64,000 nucleotides of DNA from Callorhinchus milii (Eukaryota). Within the stretch, counting starts at the first letter, position 1. Every line of letters starts with the position of its first letter. Location: the NCBI RefSeq assembly GCF_018977255.1, contig NW_024704743.1, positions 96,102,001 to 96,166,000 on the forward strand, written 5' to 3'. Shown here in pieces: positions 50,880-63,799 of this stretch. Position numbers and translations under genes: made by a program. The notes beneath the pieces are model-generated. The model had not been told where the DNA came from. It searched no databases and saw nothing but the letters and a program-made list of their open reading frames with translations.

Positions 50880-51500
50880 CGACAGATTTGTCCACATCGA
50901 GACGTTATTGCACGTGAAGGATGGTTACCGCGTTTTTTTTATTACGATGAATTTTTATTTTCCGTGGGCAGATGCGCCGCGTGTAAGAACGTCTGCCACC
51001 AGTAACTTCCTCGTCACCGAGTCCATATGCTGCGGAAGATCTCACATCGAACAACAACAACACCAACAAAATGCCATTTATAAAGCGCCTTTCAGGTCGG
51101 GCGGGAGTCCCGAGGCGCCGGGAACGTGGTGACGGATCATTATCTGCCACGAAAGTGATGGCGCTCGCACCGACCATCAGGACCGCGACGTACAGTGACA
51201 ACACTTGCACCGAAATGCAACGAAGCACTGCGCTGCCCCATCCAAAGTGTCATCGTCCTTCCACGCGTTTCAGTGGATGGTCAGTGCACTGTGTGTGTGC
51301 AAAAAAAATGGTGGGTGGGGGGGGGGGGGGGGGTAACAGGACTTTGTGAACACTGCACACACAGAAAATAAGCAGAAGAAGGAGCAGTTGTCGTCGTTGC
51401 TCGGAACCCTGTGGTGAGGCCACAGTCGGACACTATTACACGCGGCACCGGCGTGGGGGGGATTTCCGGCTGTGGAGGAAGGTGACGGCTCGGGGGCTGT
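50880..51500. promoter_or_regulatory. CpG-rich region; possible promoter/first non-coding exon of a plus-strand gene
   Basis: Marked CpG retention even in embedded repeat remnants; ETS-like TTCCGG near 51464; candidate donor AAG|GTGACG at 51481/51482. Confidence 0.45.
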
Positions 51501-51577
51501 TAGTGATGTTAGTGTTGTGTTTTACTTTTATCTTTTTTATTTGTGCCGTGATGTCCTTTGGCGATCGCGCTGACTGC

Positions 51578-52187
51578 TGTCTGTCTGTCTGTGTGTCTGT
51601 CTGTCTGTCTGTCTGTGTGTGTGTGTGTGTCTGTCTCTGTGTGTGTGTGTCTGTCTGTGTCTGTGTGTGTGTCTGTCTGTGTCTGTGTGTGTGTGTCTGT
51701 GTGTGTGTCTGTGTGTGTGTGTGTCTGTGTGTCTCTGTGTCTGTCTGTGTGTCTGTGTGTGTCTGTGTGTGTGTCTGTCTGTCTGTCTGTCTGTCTGTGT
51801 GTCTCTGTGTGTGTGTGTGTGTCTGTGTGTCTGTCTGTGGTGTGTGTGTGTCTGTCTGTGGTGTGTGTGTCTGTCTGTGGTGTGTGTGTGTCTGTCTGTG
51901 GTGTGTGTGTCTGTCTGTGTGTGTGTGTGTCTGGTGTGTGTGTGTCTGTCTGTCTGTGTGTCTGTCTGTGTGTGTCTGTGTGTGTGTGTGTGTCTGTGTG
52001 TGTGTGTGTCTGTGTGGTGTCTGTGTGTGTGTCTGTCTGTGTGTGTGTTGTGTGTGTGTCTGTGTGTGTGGTGTGTGTGTCTGTGTGTGGTGTGTCTGTG
52101 TGTGTCTGTCTGTGTGTGTGTGTGTTGTCTGTGTGTGTCTGTGTCTGTGTGTGTGTGTCTGTTGTGTGTGTCTGTGTGTGTGGTGTC

Positions 52188-52222
<35 letters not shown>

Positions 52223-52803
52223 TGTCTGTCTGTGTGTGTGTGTCTGTGTTGTGGTGTGTCTGTGTGTGTGTGTTGTGTGTGTGTGTCTGTGTGTGTGTGT
52301 GTCTGTGTGTGTGTCTGTCTGTGTGTGTGTCTGTTGTGTGTGTGTGTGTGTGTGTGTGTCTGTGTGTGTGTGTCTGTGTGTGTGTGTGTGTCTGTGTGTG
52401 TGTGTCTGTGTGTGTGTGTGTCTGTGTGTGTGTGTGTCTGTGTGTGTGTCTGTGTGTGTCTGGTCTGTGTGTGTGTCTGTCTGTGTGTGTGTGTGTGTGT
52501 GTGTGTTCTGTGTGTGTGTGTGTGTGTCTGTGTGTGTGTGTGTCTGTGTGTGTGTCTGTGTGTGTGTGTCTGTGTGTGTCTGTGTGTGTGTGTGTGTGTG
52601 TGTGTCTGTCTGTTGTGTCTGTGTGTGTCTGTCTGTGTGTGTGTGTGTCTGTCTGTGTGTGTGTGGCTGTGTGTGTCTGTCTGTGTGTGTGTGTGTCTGT
52701 GTGTGTGTGTGTCTGTCTGTGTGTGTGTGTGTCTGTGTGTGTGTGTGTGTCTGTCTGTGTGTGTGTGTGTGTCTGTGTGTCTGTGTGTGTGTGTGTGTGT
52801 GTG
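51578..52803. repeat. Compound (TG)n/(TCTG)n microsatellite, ~1.2 kb
   Basis: Directly visible. Confidence 0.98.
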
Positions 52804-52908
52804 TGGCACAGGGCTCGGCTGTGGGCTGTGGGGGTGAGGGACAGGGGCGGCCTGGGCTCCCGGTGTTGTCGTGCAATGGCTGGTGCTCTGGATATTCACT
52901 GGGTTTCC

Positions 52909-54400
52909 CTCATCCTCACCCTCACACACACCTCATACCCTCACACACACCCTCACACACACACACATCCTCACACACCTCATACCCTCACGCACACCTC
53001 ACACACCTAATACCCACCCTCACACACACCCTCCCACACACCCACCCACACACACCCTCACACACACACACCCACACACGCCCTCACACACACCCACCCA
53101 CACACACACCCACACACACACCCTCACACACACATCCTCACACACCTCATACACACCCTCACACACACCTCACCCACCCTCACCCACACCTCACACACAC
53201 CCTCACACACACATCCTCACACACCTCATACCCACCCTCACACACACCCTCACACACCTCATACCTACCCTCACACACACCTCATACCCACCCTCACACA
53301 CACCTCATACCCACCCTCACACACACCCTCACACACCTCATACCCACCCTCACACACACCTCATACCCACCCTCACACACACCTCATACCCACCCTCACA
53401 CACCTCATAACCACCCTCACACACACCCTCACACACCCTCACACACCTCACCCACCCTCACACACCTCATAACCACCCTCACACACACCCTCACACACAC
53501 ACCCTCACACACCTCACCCACCCTCACACACACACACCTCACACATCCTCACACACACCTACACACCTCACCCACCCTCACACACCTCATACCCACCCTC
53601 ACACAGCTCATCCACCCTCACAAACACCTCACCCACCCTCACACACCTCATACCCACCCTCACACACCTCACCCACCCTCACACACACCCTCACCCACCC
53701 TCACATATCTCACACACCTTCACACACACCTCTCACACACACCTCACACACACTTCACGCACCTCACACACCCTCACACACTTTCATGCTACTCACCCAC
53801 CATCACACACATCTCACACACCTTCACATACACCTCACAAACACTTCAGCCACCCTCACACACACCTCACCCACCCTCACTCACCCTCACACACTTTCAT
53901 GCTACTCACCCACCCTCACACACATCTCACACACCTTCACACACACCTCACCCACCCTCACACACCTCACCCACCCTCACACACACCTCCCACACCTCAC
54001 CCACCCTCACACACATCACCCACTCTCACTCACCCTCATGCACACCTCACACACCTTCACGCTACTCACCTACCCTCACACACCCTCACACACACCTCAC
54101 ACACCTTCACTCTACTCACCCACCCTCACATACATCTCACCCACCTTCACAAGCACCTCACACTAACCTCATCCACCCTCACACAAACCTCACCCACCCC
54201 TCACACACGCCTCACCCACCCTTGCACACACCTCACCCACTCTTCCCTCCCATACACCTCACCCACCCTCACCCACACCTCACCCACCCTCACACACACT
54301 TCACCCACACCTCACACACACTAAACCCACTGTCACACACACTAAACCCACCCACGCACACACCTCACCCATCCTCACACTCACCTCACCCACTCTCACA
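52909..54400. repeat. CA-rich degenerate minisatellite (CACACACCCT/CACCCACCCT variants), ~1.5 kb
   Basis: Directly visible. Confidence 0.97.
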
Positions 54401-56549
54401 CGCACCAGCTGCTAAACCCTTGGTAAGCATTTTGCAGAATTAAGTAGGTAAAATCCAATCAAGAGTCTAAAACTGGCTGGACCTGAACAGCTTACTGCGA
54501 GCCTCCTACTTTATTTACTCTCACATCTCTTGGCTTTGCAGTTTATTATTACACTTAAGTTAAATCCAGGATGCAAAGAGTTGTGCATGTGCTCCAACTG
54601 GAAATGAGGGTTAAGATTCACCGTTGGAAGGATTATTGGAGATAAAATACTTTCTGCACCAGATTAAGACTGCTTTTTTAAAAAAAAGACCATGGTAAAC
54701 ATTGAATAGCTGTTTCCTTGAGCTCTGGGAGAAATTTGCATATTCAGGGTATAAATCAATCCACAAAATGTTGAGAATCTCAATGCTGAAATGTAAAACG
54801 ATATGTAATAACAATAATAATCCTCGCATTTCATATAGCGCCTTATTACATAATTGAAACGTCTCAAAGCACATCACAAAATATATTGTAATGTGAATTG
54901 ACTATCTTGTGGGTGAAATGCAGCAGCCAATTGCACACAGCAATGTCCAAACAGTCATGGATTCAGTGACCAAATGATTATTTTTTTGAAGGGATTATGT
55001 AAAGTGTATTCATCAATATTTATACAGTGCACACAGCTCTGCACTTGAGGGCATCAGTTTAATTGAAAAATGTAATTTGTTAAATATAAACTTCAGTGAT
55101 GCTTTTGCACTAAAATGTGTTGTTGAAGGCTGTTTTTAATTTGAATTGATTGAGATTATTTGCTGATTTGAAATACTGTCATGTAAAGCAGACTTTCTTA
55201 GGTACAAGTTATTATTTTATAATAATATTAAATATTTGATACAGCGCCTTTAAAGAGGATATCTCAAAGTGCTTCACAGGATTTACTGCAGAGGAAGTGA
55301 CTATTAAATTCTTGGATACAAATTTTAAGTGTAGGCAGCTGCAGGGCTTCCTCAAATTTTTAAGTAAGGGTGAATTTACAGAAGTGAACAATAGGATTTT
55401 TAAAAAAATCAGCATTTCCCCACCTCTCCAACCTGTTCATACCTCCTCTTTGACCCACACTTTCGCCTGGCTGTCTCAGGCCTTTTGCTTGTTCCCCGAC
55501 CTATGCTCTACCATGGGCGGAACATTTTGTTTGCAAAATATCTGCTGCACTTTTTACTGTCATTACTGCAAAGTACTTTGAGATTTTCCTATATTAGATT
55601 AATAAAAATGGAAGAACTTCCTTTCTTGGCGATCAAGATTTGGAAACTGGCATGTTTTCCTTTCTGTCGTTCAGCAATGCTGAGGCGAAATATAGTTGCC
55701 CTATTTGTGCTCTGGCCTAGATCAACAAATTCAGCATGAATTAGGCATCAAACCTGAAATGCCCTGTGCCTGTATGATTCCACTTCATTATAGATAATGA
55801 CGTTACCAACTGAGAATTTGGGAGAGCTCGCATTCCATCATTTTCAAAGCACTAATTTTGTTTGTCATATTTTTGTACGGTGCTTGAATAATGCTGTATA
55901 TCTGTAACATTACAGCTAAGTGATGGAAATAATCATGACCTGTTTGATCCAGGATCTATGAACATCTCTGTTATTTCCAAGAAAAGAATACAACTGCAGA
56001 TGATACTCTACATCTCAGACTACACATGTAATATAAATAGAGCTGACTCCGTAAGGAGCTGTGAAATAAAAACTTGCTCCATGAGTGAGTAAAGCTACCA
56101 GCGAGTTACCCTGTTTGTATCCAGCCATTGCATGATGCTGACGCTGAATCCTGAAATTAGAGAAGTGTTCTATTTCATGCTGCTTTGTACTTCACTTTAA
56201 CGCGCACAAGAAAATTACCACTTTGCTCTTAGAAAATGTGCATACTGATTACTCTGAAAATATTGTTGCTTTGAATTTTCTTGGTGGATATTGTGAGTTA
56301 GAAATGCCCTCGCAAGAAACTTCTGAAATCCAGTCTGGTCAGTGTAAATTTGAGGTAGGAGGTTATTAAAGGAACTGCCCACTTCATGACATGGCCCCTC
56401 GAGAACCTGTCTTTTCCAGAGGGACCATCTTCTCCTGTGGTTTGGACTATTATAAATATGGTTGGTGTTCCATCCAATTTCAAAACTGGATTAGTATTTA
56501 TCTTCATGTTGTTTTGGTAGCCAGGTGTCTTTGACACACAAGGGATATA

Positions 56550-58328
56550 TAAAGGAGTATATAAACCATACTGAGAGTTCTGCATATGTGGAAGTGGAAT
56601 GGAATGTGCACTCTCTCCCTGGAGGGTACACCTTCCTTACCTAATTTTGGAGAATATTACGCACTGGTCGGTGAGAACAACAACAAAAAAATTACATTTG
56701 TATAGGGCTTTGAAGAAGACCAGGATCTTGAACTGTATCCTTTGTGTGATGGGAAGGCAGTGAAGTCAGCGAGGATGGGGATGATAAGTCACGGAGCCTG
56801 GTGCGGGAGAGGACATGGGCTGCAGAGCTCTGGATGATCTACAGCCTATGGAGGGAGGAGTTGGGGAGGCTGACAAGCAGGGAGTTTGTATAGTCAAGCC
56901 TCAAACCCAGGCTGAGGGACCCCAGAGTGTATATTGCTACACGGCTTCCCATGTAACTTCTGTTAACTCTGCAAGCCAAAGCCCCAAAGAGTAGGGTGGT
57001 TCTATATGGACAAGTAGCAGGAAACTTTCAGTCAGTGCTTGTAATGGCTGGCTAAAACCACAAAGATTATTAAACCCTAGCAGTACCCCAATGAATACTT
57101 TGGGTTTCCCAAGCCTTCACTCTTGCCAAACGGTGCCTAAAACTCTCTGGAATTGAGTAAGAAGGGTGCATGCCCCATGGCTTGTGGATAACCACCCTGG
57201 AGTGGACTTCACAGCAGGCATGTCTATTTGCAAAAGTTTCTCACATGAGGACCTGGATAAAGCAGCTGGTGCTGAGTAAGCCTGGTATACCGCATTGGAT
57301 TTGGACCTCGAGATCATCAAGGTGACTGGCATGTTGCAAGCGGTCTTGTAAAGGTCATCACATCACGCTAAAGGCAGATATCCGTCTGATAGCTGATGAG
57401 GAAACTCTGAAGCTTGGGCCGATGGCTGTTGGAAAGCACTACCTGGAGTCCGAATACCTGAACACGTGTTCTTATATCCGGAGCCTGGATTATTGATTGG
57501 TTTGCCGAGAGGTAACCAGCTGTTGCTTAAATTCCCCACCTCAATTGGTGGAACTATAACTCAATGGGAAGGTACATATGTCCGAGCTGCGGACAGGAAA
57601 TGGTGCCAATACTCTCAAGTATTTCATGCTGAGCTGTGTTGCGCACCAGTAAGCAGGGAGTTCCTGGTAACTGCCATCCACCTAGTGAGGGCTCAAACTT
57701 GCCAGATATAAAACCACCAACTAGTGACATTCTCCTTGAGGGGGAGGTAAGCAGTGTCTCCTTGGAGTTGTACTGGTTCCAAAGGTGACATGTTTGGCAA
57801 TGGAATGTCAGAATCGATCCAGCCCTCTGTGGCTGTCTTGCTAGTCCAGGTCCTGGGCCAGGTGGGTGGGTACATAGTATTCCATGGCACTGCTGATGTC
57901 AGCACAGCCAGCCTGGTTCACTGGCATGAGTTGGAAGGGCAGACCAGTCACTGGGCACACGGAGTCTTCCCACTCAGCTCTCATTAACTCTGCAAGCCAA
58001 AATCCTAATGGGTAGGATGGTCCTAGCTGGACACGCAGCAGGAAAACTTGCCAGGCAGTGCTCTCAATGACAAGCTATGTGGTTTTAGCTGGTTAGACTC
58101 CAGCAGTACCTCAACTCAGACTTGGGATCCCCCAAACCTTGACTCTTGCCAACTTGCACATAATACTTTCTGGAATTAGGTAAGCAGGGTGTGTTCCTCC
58201 AGGGAAAGAGTGCGCGATCCACTCCAACAATCTATTTCTGGGATTTCCATGTGTAGGTGGGATGCATGGAACTCTGTCTGGTTTGGATACCCTTACGCAT
58301 GGTGATGTATTTCCTCATGGGTCAGACT
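56550..58328 (+). mobile_element. Unclassified non-coding interspersed element with direct repeats and an inverted left segment
   Basis: Direct repeats ~56945-57175 and ~57965-58200 (offset ~1021); 56550-56937 is an inverted copy of the right end, interrupted by an L2 piece; three other partial copies in the window. Confidence 0.75.
56677..56903 (-). mobile_element. Deleted L2 fragment nested in the unclassified element
   Basis: (TTG)n tail and sequence equivalent to RLDYxNSLL / IIQxSAA / IQFKIL. Confidence 0.8.
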
Positions 58329-58767
58329 TGATGGGCTGAATGCTCCCTCTCTGTGATGTAACATTCTGTGATGTGGTTCAGTACCAGACACCCAGTGACC
58401 CTACTACCTCACCCAAGTGACCATTCTTTATGTTTGAGCTAACTGGCTGATTAGGGTCATCAGGTTGCTTCAGCCCAGGAGGCAATACAGCTGAGTGCAA
58501 ACCTGTTTTCACAAAAGTAACATGCAGAAAAGGCCACCAGATGGTAATCAGGAATACACCCAGTGTTGTTAATTTCTGGGTCCAAACTTGCTTCAGGGCC
58601 CTGAAGCCAAGAGTCTGTTTTGTTACTCTGACAGATCAACCTAACTCAATGAAGCAGTCTCAAACATTAAGAACCGGAATTTAAATAGGAGTGATTGTTG
58701 ATCTTTTTCAATTGAAGAGCCCTGATAACGTTTCATTCTTTAAACTCAGTGCAAGGTTAGGGTTAAA

Positions 58768-59094
58768 GTGGAGTCCTGTAGCTCAGTGGTTAGAGCACTC
58801 GCTTTGCAAGCGAGAGACCTGAGTTCAATTCCAGGCAGAGGGCGAAACCTTGGGCAAGTTTCCTTACTCCACATGCCTAATAATAATCCCTCCAAAACCA
58901 AAAACAATATAATAAAATTGGTCATTTTCAATCTACGACTGTTTGTGGGACATTGCTGTGCCCAATTGGCTGCCGCGTTCGCCCACAAATATACAGTCAA
59001 TTCACTTTACAGCGTGTTCTGTGAAGCGCTTTGGGACGTCCTCCCGATGTGAAAAGCGCTATATCAAATGCAAGGATTATTATTATTATTATTA
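58768..59094 (+). mobile_element. Young full-length tRNA-Ala-derived DeuSINE
   Basis: Same consensus; flanking duplication TTAAAG. Confidence 0.92.
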
Positions 59095-59917
59095 AAGACA
59101 GCATGTGGCATGTTTTCTGTGATGTAGGTAGGGGATATTTGACACTGTGGGGTAATTTGTAGGATGTGTTAACATTAATAATTAATTGCATAACTCAAAG
59201 CGATTTGCGGAATTTTATTGTGAAGTAGAGGATCTATGTTGCATGCTGTCGATGTATTTAGGGGACCGTCTCAGCTCATTTGCGCACAGCAATGTCCCAC
59301 AAACAGCCATGAAGTGAATTACCAATTTTATTTTGGAGGATTGTTGACCAAGACATCAGGAGATACTCGCTTCTTTCTCTCCTACGACTCGTTGCAGTGC
59401 CCCTACCTCTATACTGATTAAGTTCAGTTAAATCAGCACATATCTTCCTGTTCTGTATGGCTGTATGACATTTTTATCAGGATAAATACATTCCCCTAAA
59501 AAACGTAGTCACTTTACAGTATAACCTCGTGAAGTGCTTTGAGATGTCCTCCTGATGTAAAAAGAGCCATACCAAATGTCAATATTATTTTTATTATTAT
59601 TAGTCTCTGTTCTGGTTCCAAGGGGCTCATAAGGGGGTCCCTTATCCAGGTATCAATTCTTCATGTGTGTGACTAGACAGTGAGTGTCAGCAGGCATGAG
59701 ATCCAAGTGCATTCCTGTCCACTCCCAGCATCCAGGTATGTAGTGTCCCACCCAGAGTGTCTGGTTAATGATGATGAGGCGTAGTTGATTTTCCCCTCCC
59801 TAACTCAGGGACACTGAGGCCATTTATTGCACCTGACCATCTCAACGCAGATAATGAGAACACCTGGGACATTCTTCGCCTGCCCACATCAGTTGTACTT
59901 GGGCTTTGCTTTAAAAA

Positions 59918-60545
59918 TAAGAACATAACATTAGAATTGCTTACGAAAAAGACCAAGATCCATCTAGTTTGCCTTCCTGGCAGTCGCGTGCGCATATATC
60001 CCAAACTACCTATGTACTATATCCCATAATGATATTTCCTAAAAGAAAACTATCTAATCTGTGTTTGAAAGAATCAACACTTCCTGTTTCAACCCTCTCT
60101 CTAAGGAGCCTGTTCCACAGGTTCACTGTTCGCTCACTGAAATAGTGTTTGGGTAGATTTGTTCAGAATTTATCCCCCTTCAATCGCAGACCGTATCCTC
60201 TGGTTCTACTATTCTGGACAAGTTGAAACGCCTGTCATGGTCTATTATGTCTTGCCCCTTTAAAATAATAATAATAAAAATAATAATAATCTTAAAGACA
60301 GCAATCATGTCGCCTCTCAATCTTCTCTTTTCCAGCGTGAACTGCGCAATTTACTTACTTGCTCCTCATAGTCCAGTCCTTCCATTCTCTCAAACATTTT
60401 GGTTGTCCTCCTCTGTATCTTCTCGATTTCTCCAATACCCTTTTTGTACTGCGGTGACCAGAACTGTACAGAGTACTCTAAGTATGGTCTCACCAATGAT
60501 TGATTCAGTGGCAGGATTACCCCACTCTTTCGGCTTGCTATGTGG
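59918..60545 (-). mobile_element. CR1 LINE 3' fragment
   Basis: SLVRPYLEYSVQFWSPQYKKGIGEIEKIQRRTTKM...GLDYEE; 3' end like 46000-46285. Confidence 0.9.
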
Positions 60546-61067
60546 CTTGTGGTAGAGCCATCTCCTGGCACTGTTGTTGGGTTCTGTATCGGTTCTTATT
60601 CAGTCAGTAATGTTCATTAACTCCATTTCAAACCTTGAACTGTTACTACCTTGGAACTCAGTCTGTTCTCTGCAAGTGTCTTCTCTTGTTATTCTCCTGG
60701 CTAGAAGTGTGAGATTCGAAGTTAGATCACTTTTGCCTTGTGGTTCTGGAGTCAGGCATGATCAGGCATGAAACAGGAATCGTTGCTCCCACCTGCAGCA
60801 TATGACATTCCGCACATACGTGGATATCTTGACATTGTCGTGTAACTATTGCAACAGAGTTGACAAGTTCATGCGTGAGTGAACCCCCATTACAATTGGT
60901 TTTAGGCTATCGCCACTAATGAGATGCTGGTAGCAGAGGTTGGGAGATTTGCCTAACATTCAGATGACTTTGGTCCCAGCTTTGTTCGCGATTATGCTGC
61001 TGCTGTTTGGCAAAAGGAGGTCACAATGAAATTTCTAGTGGCGGCCCACGCACCCACTATGATATTT

Positions 61068-61290
61068 ACATAAGAACATGAGAAATGCTGGATGAAAAAA
61101 AGCCAAAGGTCAATCTAGTTCGCCTTCCACCTTCCTGGCAATCGCATGCACATATGTCCCGAACTACTTATGTACTATATCCCATAATGTTATTTCCTAA
61201 AAGAAAACTATCTAATTTGTGTTTGAAGGAATCAACACTTCCTGCTTCAACCGTCTCCCTAGGGAGCTTGTTCCATAGGTTTACTATTCG
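61068..61290 (-). mobile_element. CR1 LINE 3' end
   Basis: Same family as 59918-60130 and rc of 46080-46285. Confidence 0.85.
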
Positions 61291-61920
61291 TAAACATTTA
61301 TACAATGATGTCAAGATTTGTGCATGTGTTCGCCCACAACATATGCAGTCAATTCACTTGACAGTATATTCTGTGAAATGCTTTGAGACATCTCGAAGAC
61401 GTGATAAGGCGCTATTTCAGATGCAAGAATTGTTTTTATTATTGCTGGGGATATTAATGCCAATTCTGCAACCGTCCTATCCTTTGAATGACCTTGACTT
61501 CGGGAGGACGTTCCAAAGCACGGATGAGATGTTAAATTGAGTTAAACTGTGTGCCTGTTCAGGATGTTAAATACTCCGTGGCATTGCGTAGAAAGAGAAG
61601 GGAGTTTCTCCCGGCATCCGGGCTAACAGTCTCTAATTGCTTGTTCAAATTGATCCTATGGAGTGTTCGCCTAGAAATAGTCATTGCACTTTAAAGTAAA
61701 GTTCTGTAAAGCGCTTTGAGATTTTTCTGTGCCGTGATAGACTCAAAAGCAAGGATTTTAAAATGATTTCTTATTGAGTTGGATCACTCATACATGGGGG
61801 CAATGGAAAGTTCTGAATCTGTCAGGTCTTTGGACATCAGAGCTGGGAACAATGAACACTTTGGGATGATGTGAAAGGTGCTATACAAATGTAATTTGTT
61901 GTTTTTGTTGTTTACAATAC

Positions 61921-62243
61921 AATAATAATAATAATCCTTGCATTTGATATAGCGCTTTTCACGTCCTCTAGACGTCTCAAAGCGCTTCACGGAATATACT
62001 GTAAAGTGAATTGACTGTATATTTGTGGGCAAATGGGGCAGCCAATTGCACACAGCAATGTCCCACAAACAGTCGTAGATTGAAAATGACCAATTTATTA
62101 TTGTTTTTGGTTTTGGAGGGATTATTATTAGGCTCTGTGTGGAGTAATGAAACTTGCCCAAGGTTTCGCCCTCTGCCTGGAATTGAACTCAGGTCTCTCA
62201 CTTGCAAAGCAAGTGCTCTAACCACTGAGCTACAGGACTCCAC
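61921..62243 (-). mobile_element. Young full-length tRNA-Ala-derived DeuSINE
   Basis: Reverse complement of the consensus; tail loop variant TAGAG. Confidence 0.92.
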
Positions 62244-63481
62244 GACTCTAGAGACAAGCTTGTAGTTTAAAAGCAAAATGAATACAGCCACAACAACAAC
62301 TTGGATTTGTATAGCACCCTCCACGCCGGACATGTGGCGTAATGGTGTTAAAGGTGATGGTTTAGATCCCAAGAGGTAAAAGGAGAAGGGGTGGGGACAA
62401 GTAGATAAAACTAGATGTGGGTGAATAGAGTAAAGTTACTGTACTTGAAGGTGACATCATGGGAAATCAGAGGCCCTGGAACTGGTTTAACCAGATTGTC
62501 TATCCATTAAGCTTCCCCACCTTCAGCTGTTAGTCTTGTGATCTAACCCTGTGCCTGCAGCAGAGGGGGAGCTAAACCGTAACTTGGCTCTTCATTGTCC
62601 CAGGTGCACCTTCTGCTCTTTCACATTATCAACCCACCTCCAAAATAATTATTTTGGGGTCTCTGTTTTTGTGTTAATGCACTAATTTAATGCCTGATAA
62701 TTTAATGCCTGCAGGTGAAAAAATTAATTAGCTTTGGCCATTTAAGCCTCCAGCCAGAATCAATACAGTAATACTCTGTGACCTTAATACGCGTATTATC
62801 TGCAGCTGCCTCAACAGGGAAACCATATCAAATGTGACTTTGAGGTGCTTTTGTTCAAGGTTCCAAAGACAGCATTGTGGAGAGTGTGCACTCTGAACTG
62901 TACCACTTCTTTACAAGAGCAAACATAATGTGCTTATGCTCACATTTTGCTCTATGAGATCTGCTCCTATGCACATATGTCTCTATTTAAATGCTTCTAT
63001 CTAGTCTCAGACTATCGATACTAGATTATGTGTCAAACTTCTCCCTGTCTCTTCTGATAGCTTTGTGCAAATTGATATCTACAGAGCCTTGGTATCTTCC
63101 TGAAGTAGTCACATCTCATATGTGAACCTAGACTGGTGGTGACCATCTCTTGTGCCATGGGATCTTTAATGTCCACCTGGACAGGCAGACAGGACCTTGG
63201 TTTAACGTCTCATCTGAAGGATAACACCTCCAACACAACAGCAAACCCTTAACACTGTATTGGAGCATCAGCATAGATATAATCCCAGCACAGGATTGTA
63301 ACCTTGCAGGAAAATACCATATTCAGCATGTTTATACAGTGGAGCCCTGTTGGTGTCATAAAGTCGCAACCAGCACAATAACGGAGCATGATCACATATC
63401 ATCTCCCTGTACCAGGTATAATGAGGTGTTTATTTGTTTACATTCCAAAATTGATGTTCCTTTGTACTTTTACTTTTACAG

Positions 63482-63799
63482 GTGAAATGACAGAACTGAG
63501 AAAGCGAAGGGAACAGAAATGCCCAAAAGAGCTTGTCGCAAAGGAGGAGGAGGAGGAGGAGATGTTTTTGGAAGTGCCTGTCCCAAATAAGAAGGAACCG
63601 TGCCAAGAAGAGCCAACCCCGAAGGAGGAAGAAATGACGTGTTCGCCGCAGTCCAAACTGGAGGAGACATGTTCACTACAGCACACGTCAGAGGATTCAT
63701 GCTCAGAACAACCAACAATGGACAAGGAGACACGCTCAGAGGAGCTTGCTCCAAAAGAAGACAAACCAACCAGCTCGGACAAAGAAGGAAAGAGTAGAT
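63482..63799 (+). CDS. Probable coding exon of an unidentified acidic, low-complexity protein (ATG at 63487, MTELRKRREQK...)
   Basis: Strong acceptor (ctttgtacttttacttttacag, AG 63480-63481), donor AT|GTAAGG (GT 63800-63801), 318 nt stop-free, purine-rich exon-like composition. Confidence 0.7.

Noticed and set aside
51436..54443. Long Cys/Val and His/Thr ORFs (up to 961 aa)
   Set aside because: Translations of TG and CA simple repeats.
57393..57414. CTGATGAGGAAACTCTGAAG hammerhead-like motif in the unclassified element
   Set aside because: No room for stem II between CUGAUGA and GAAA, and the second copy (15277-15297) has GAGG at the alternative position. Worth rechecking only on a family consensus.
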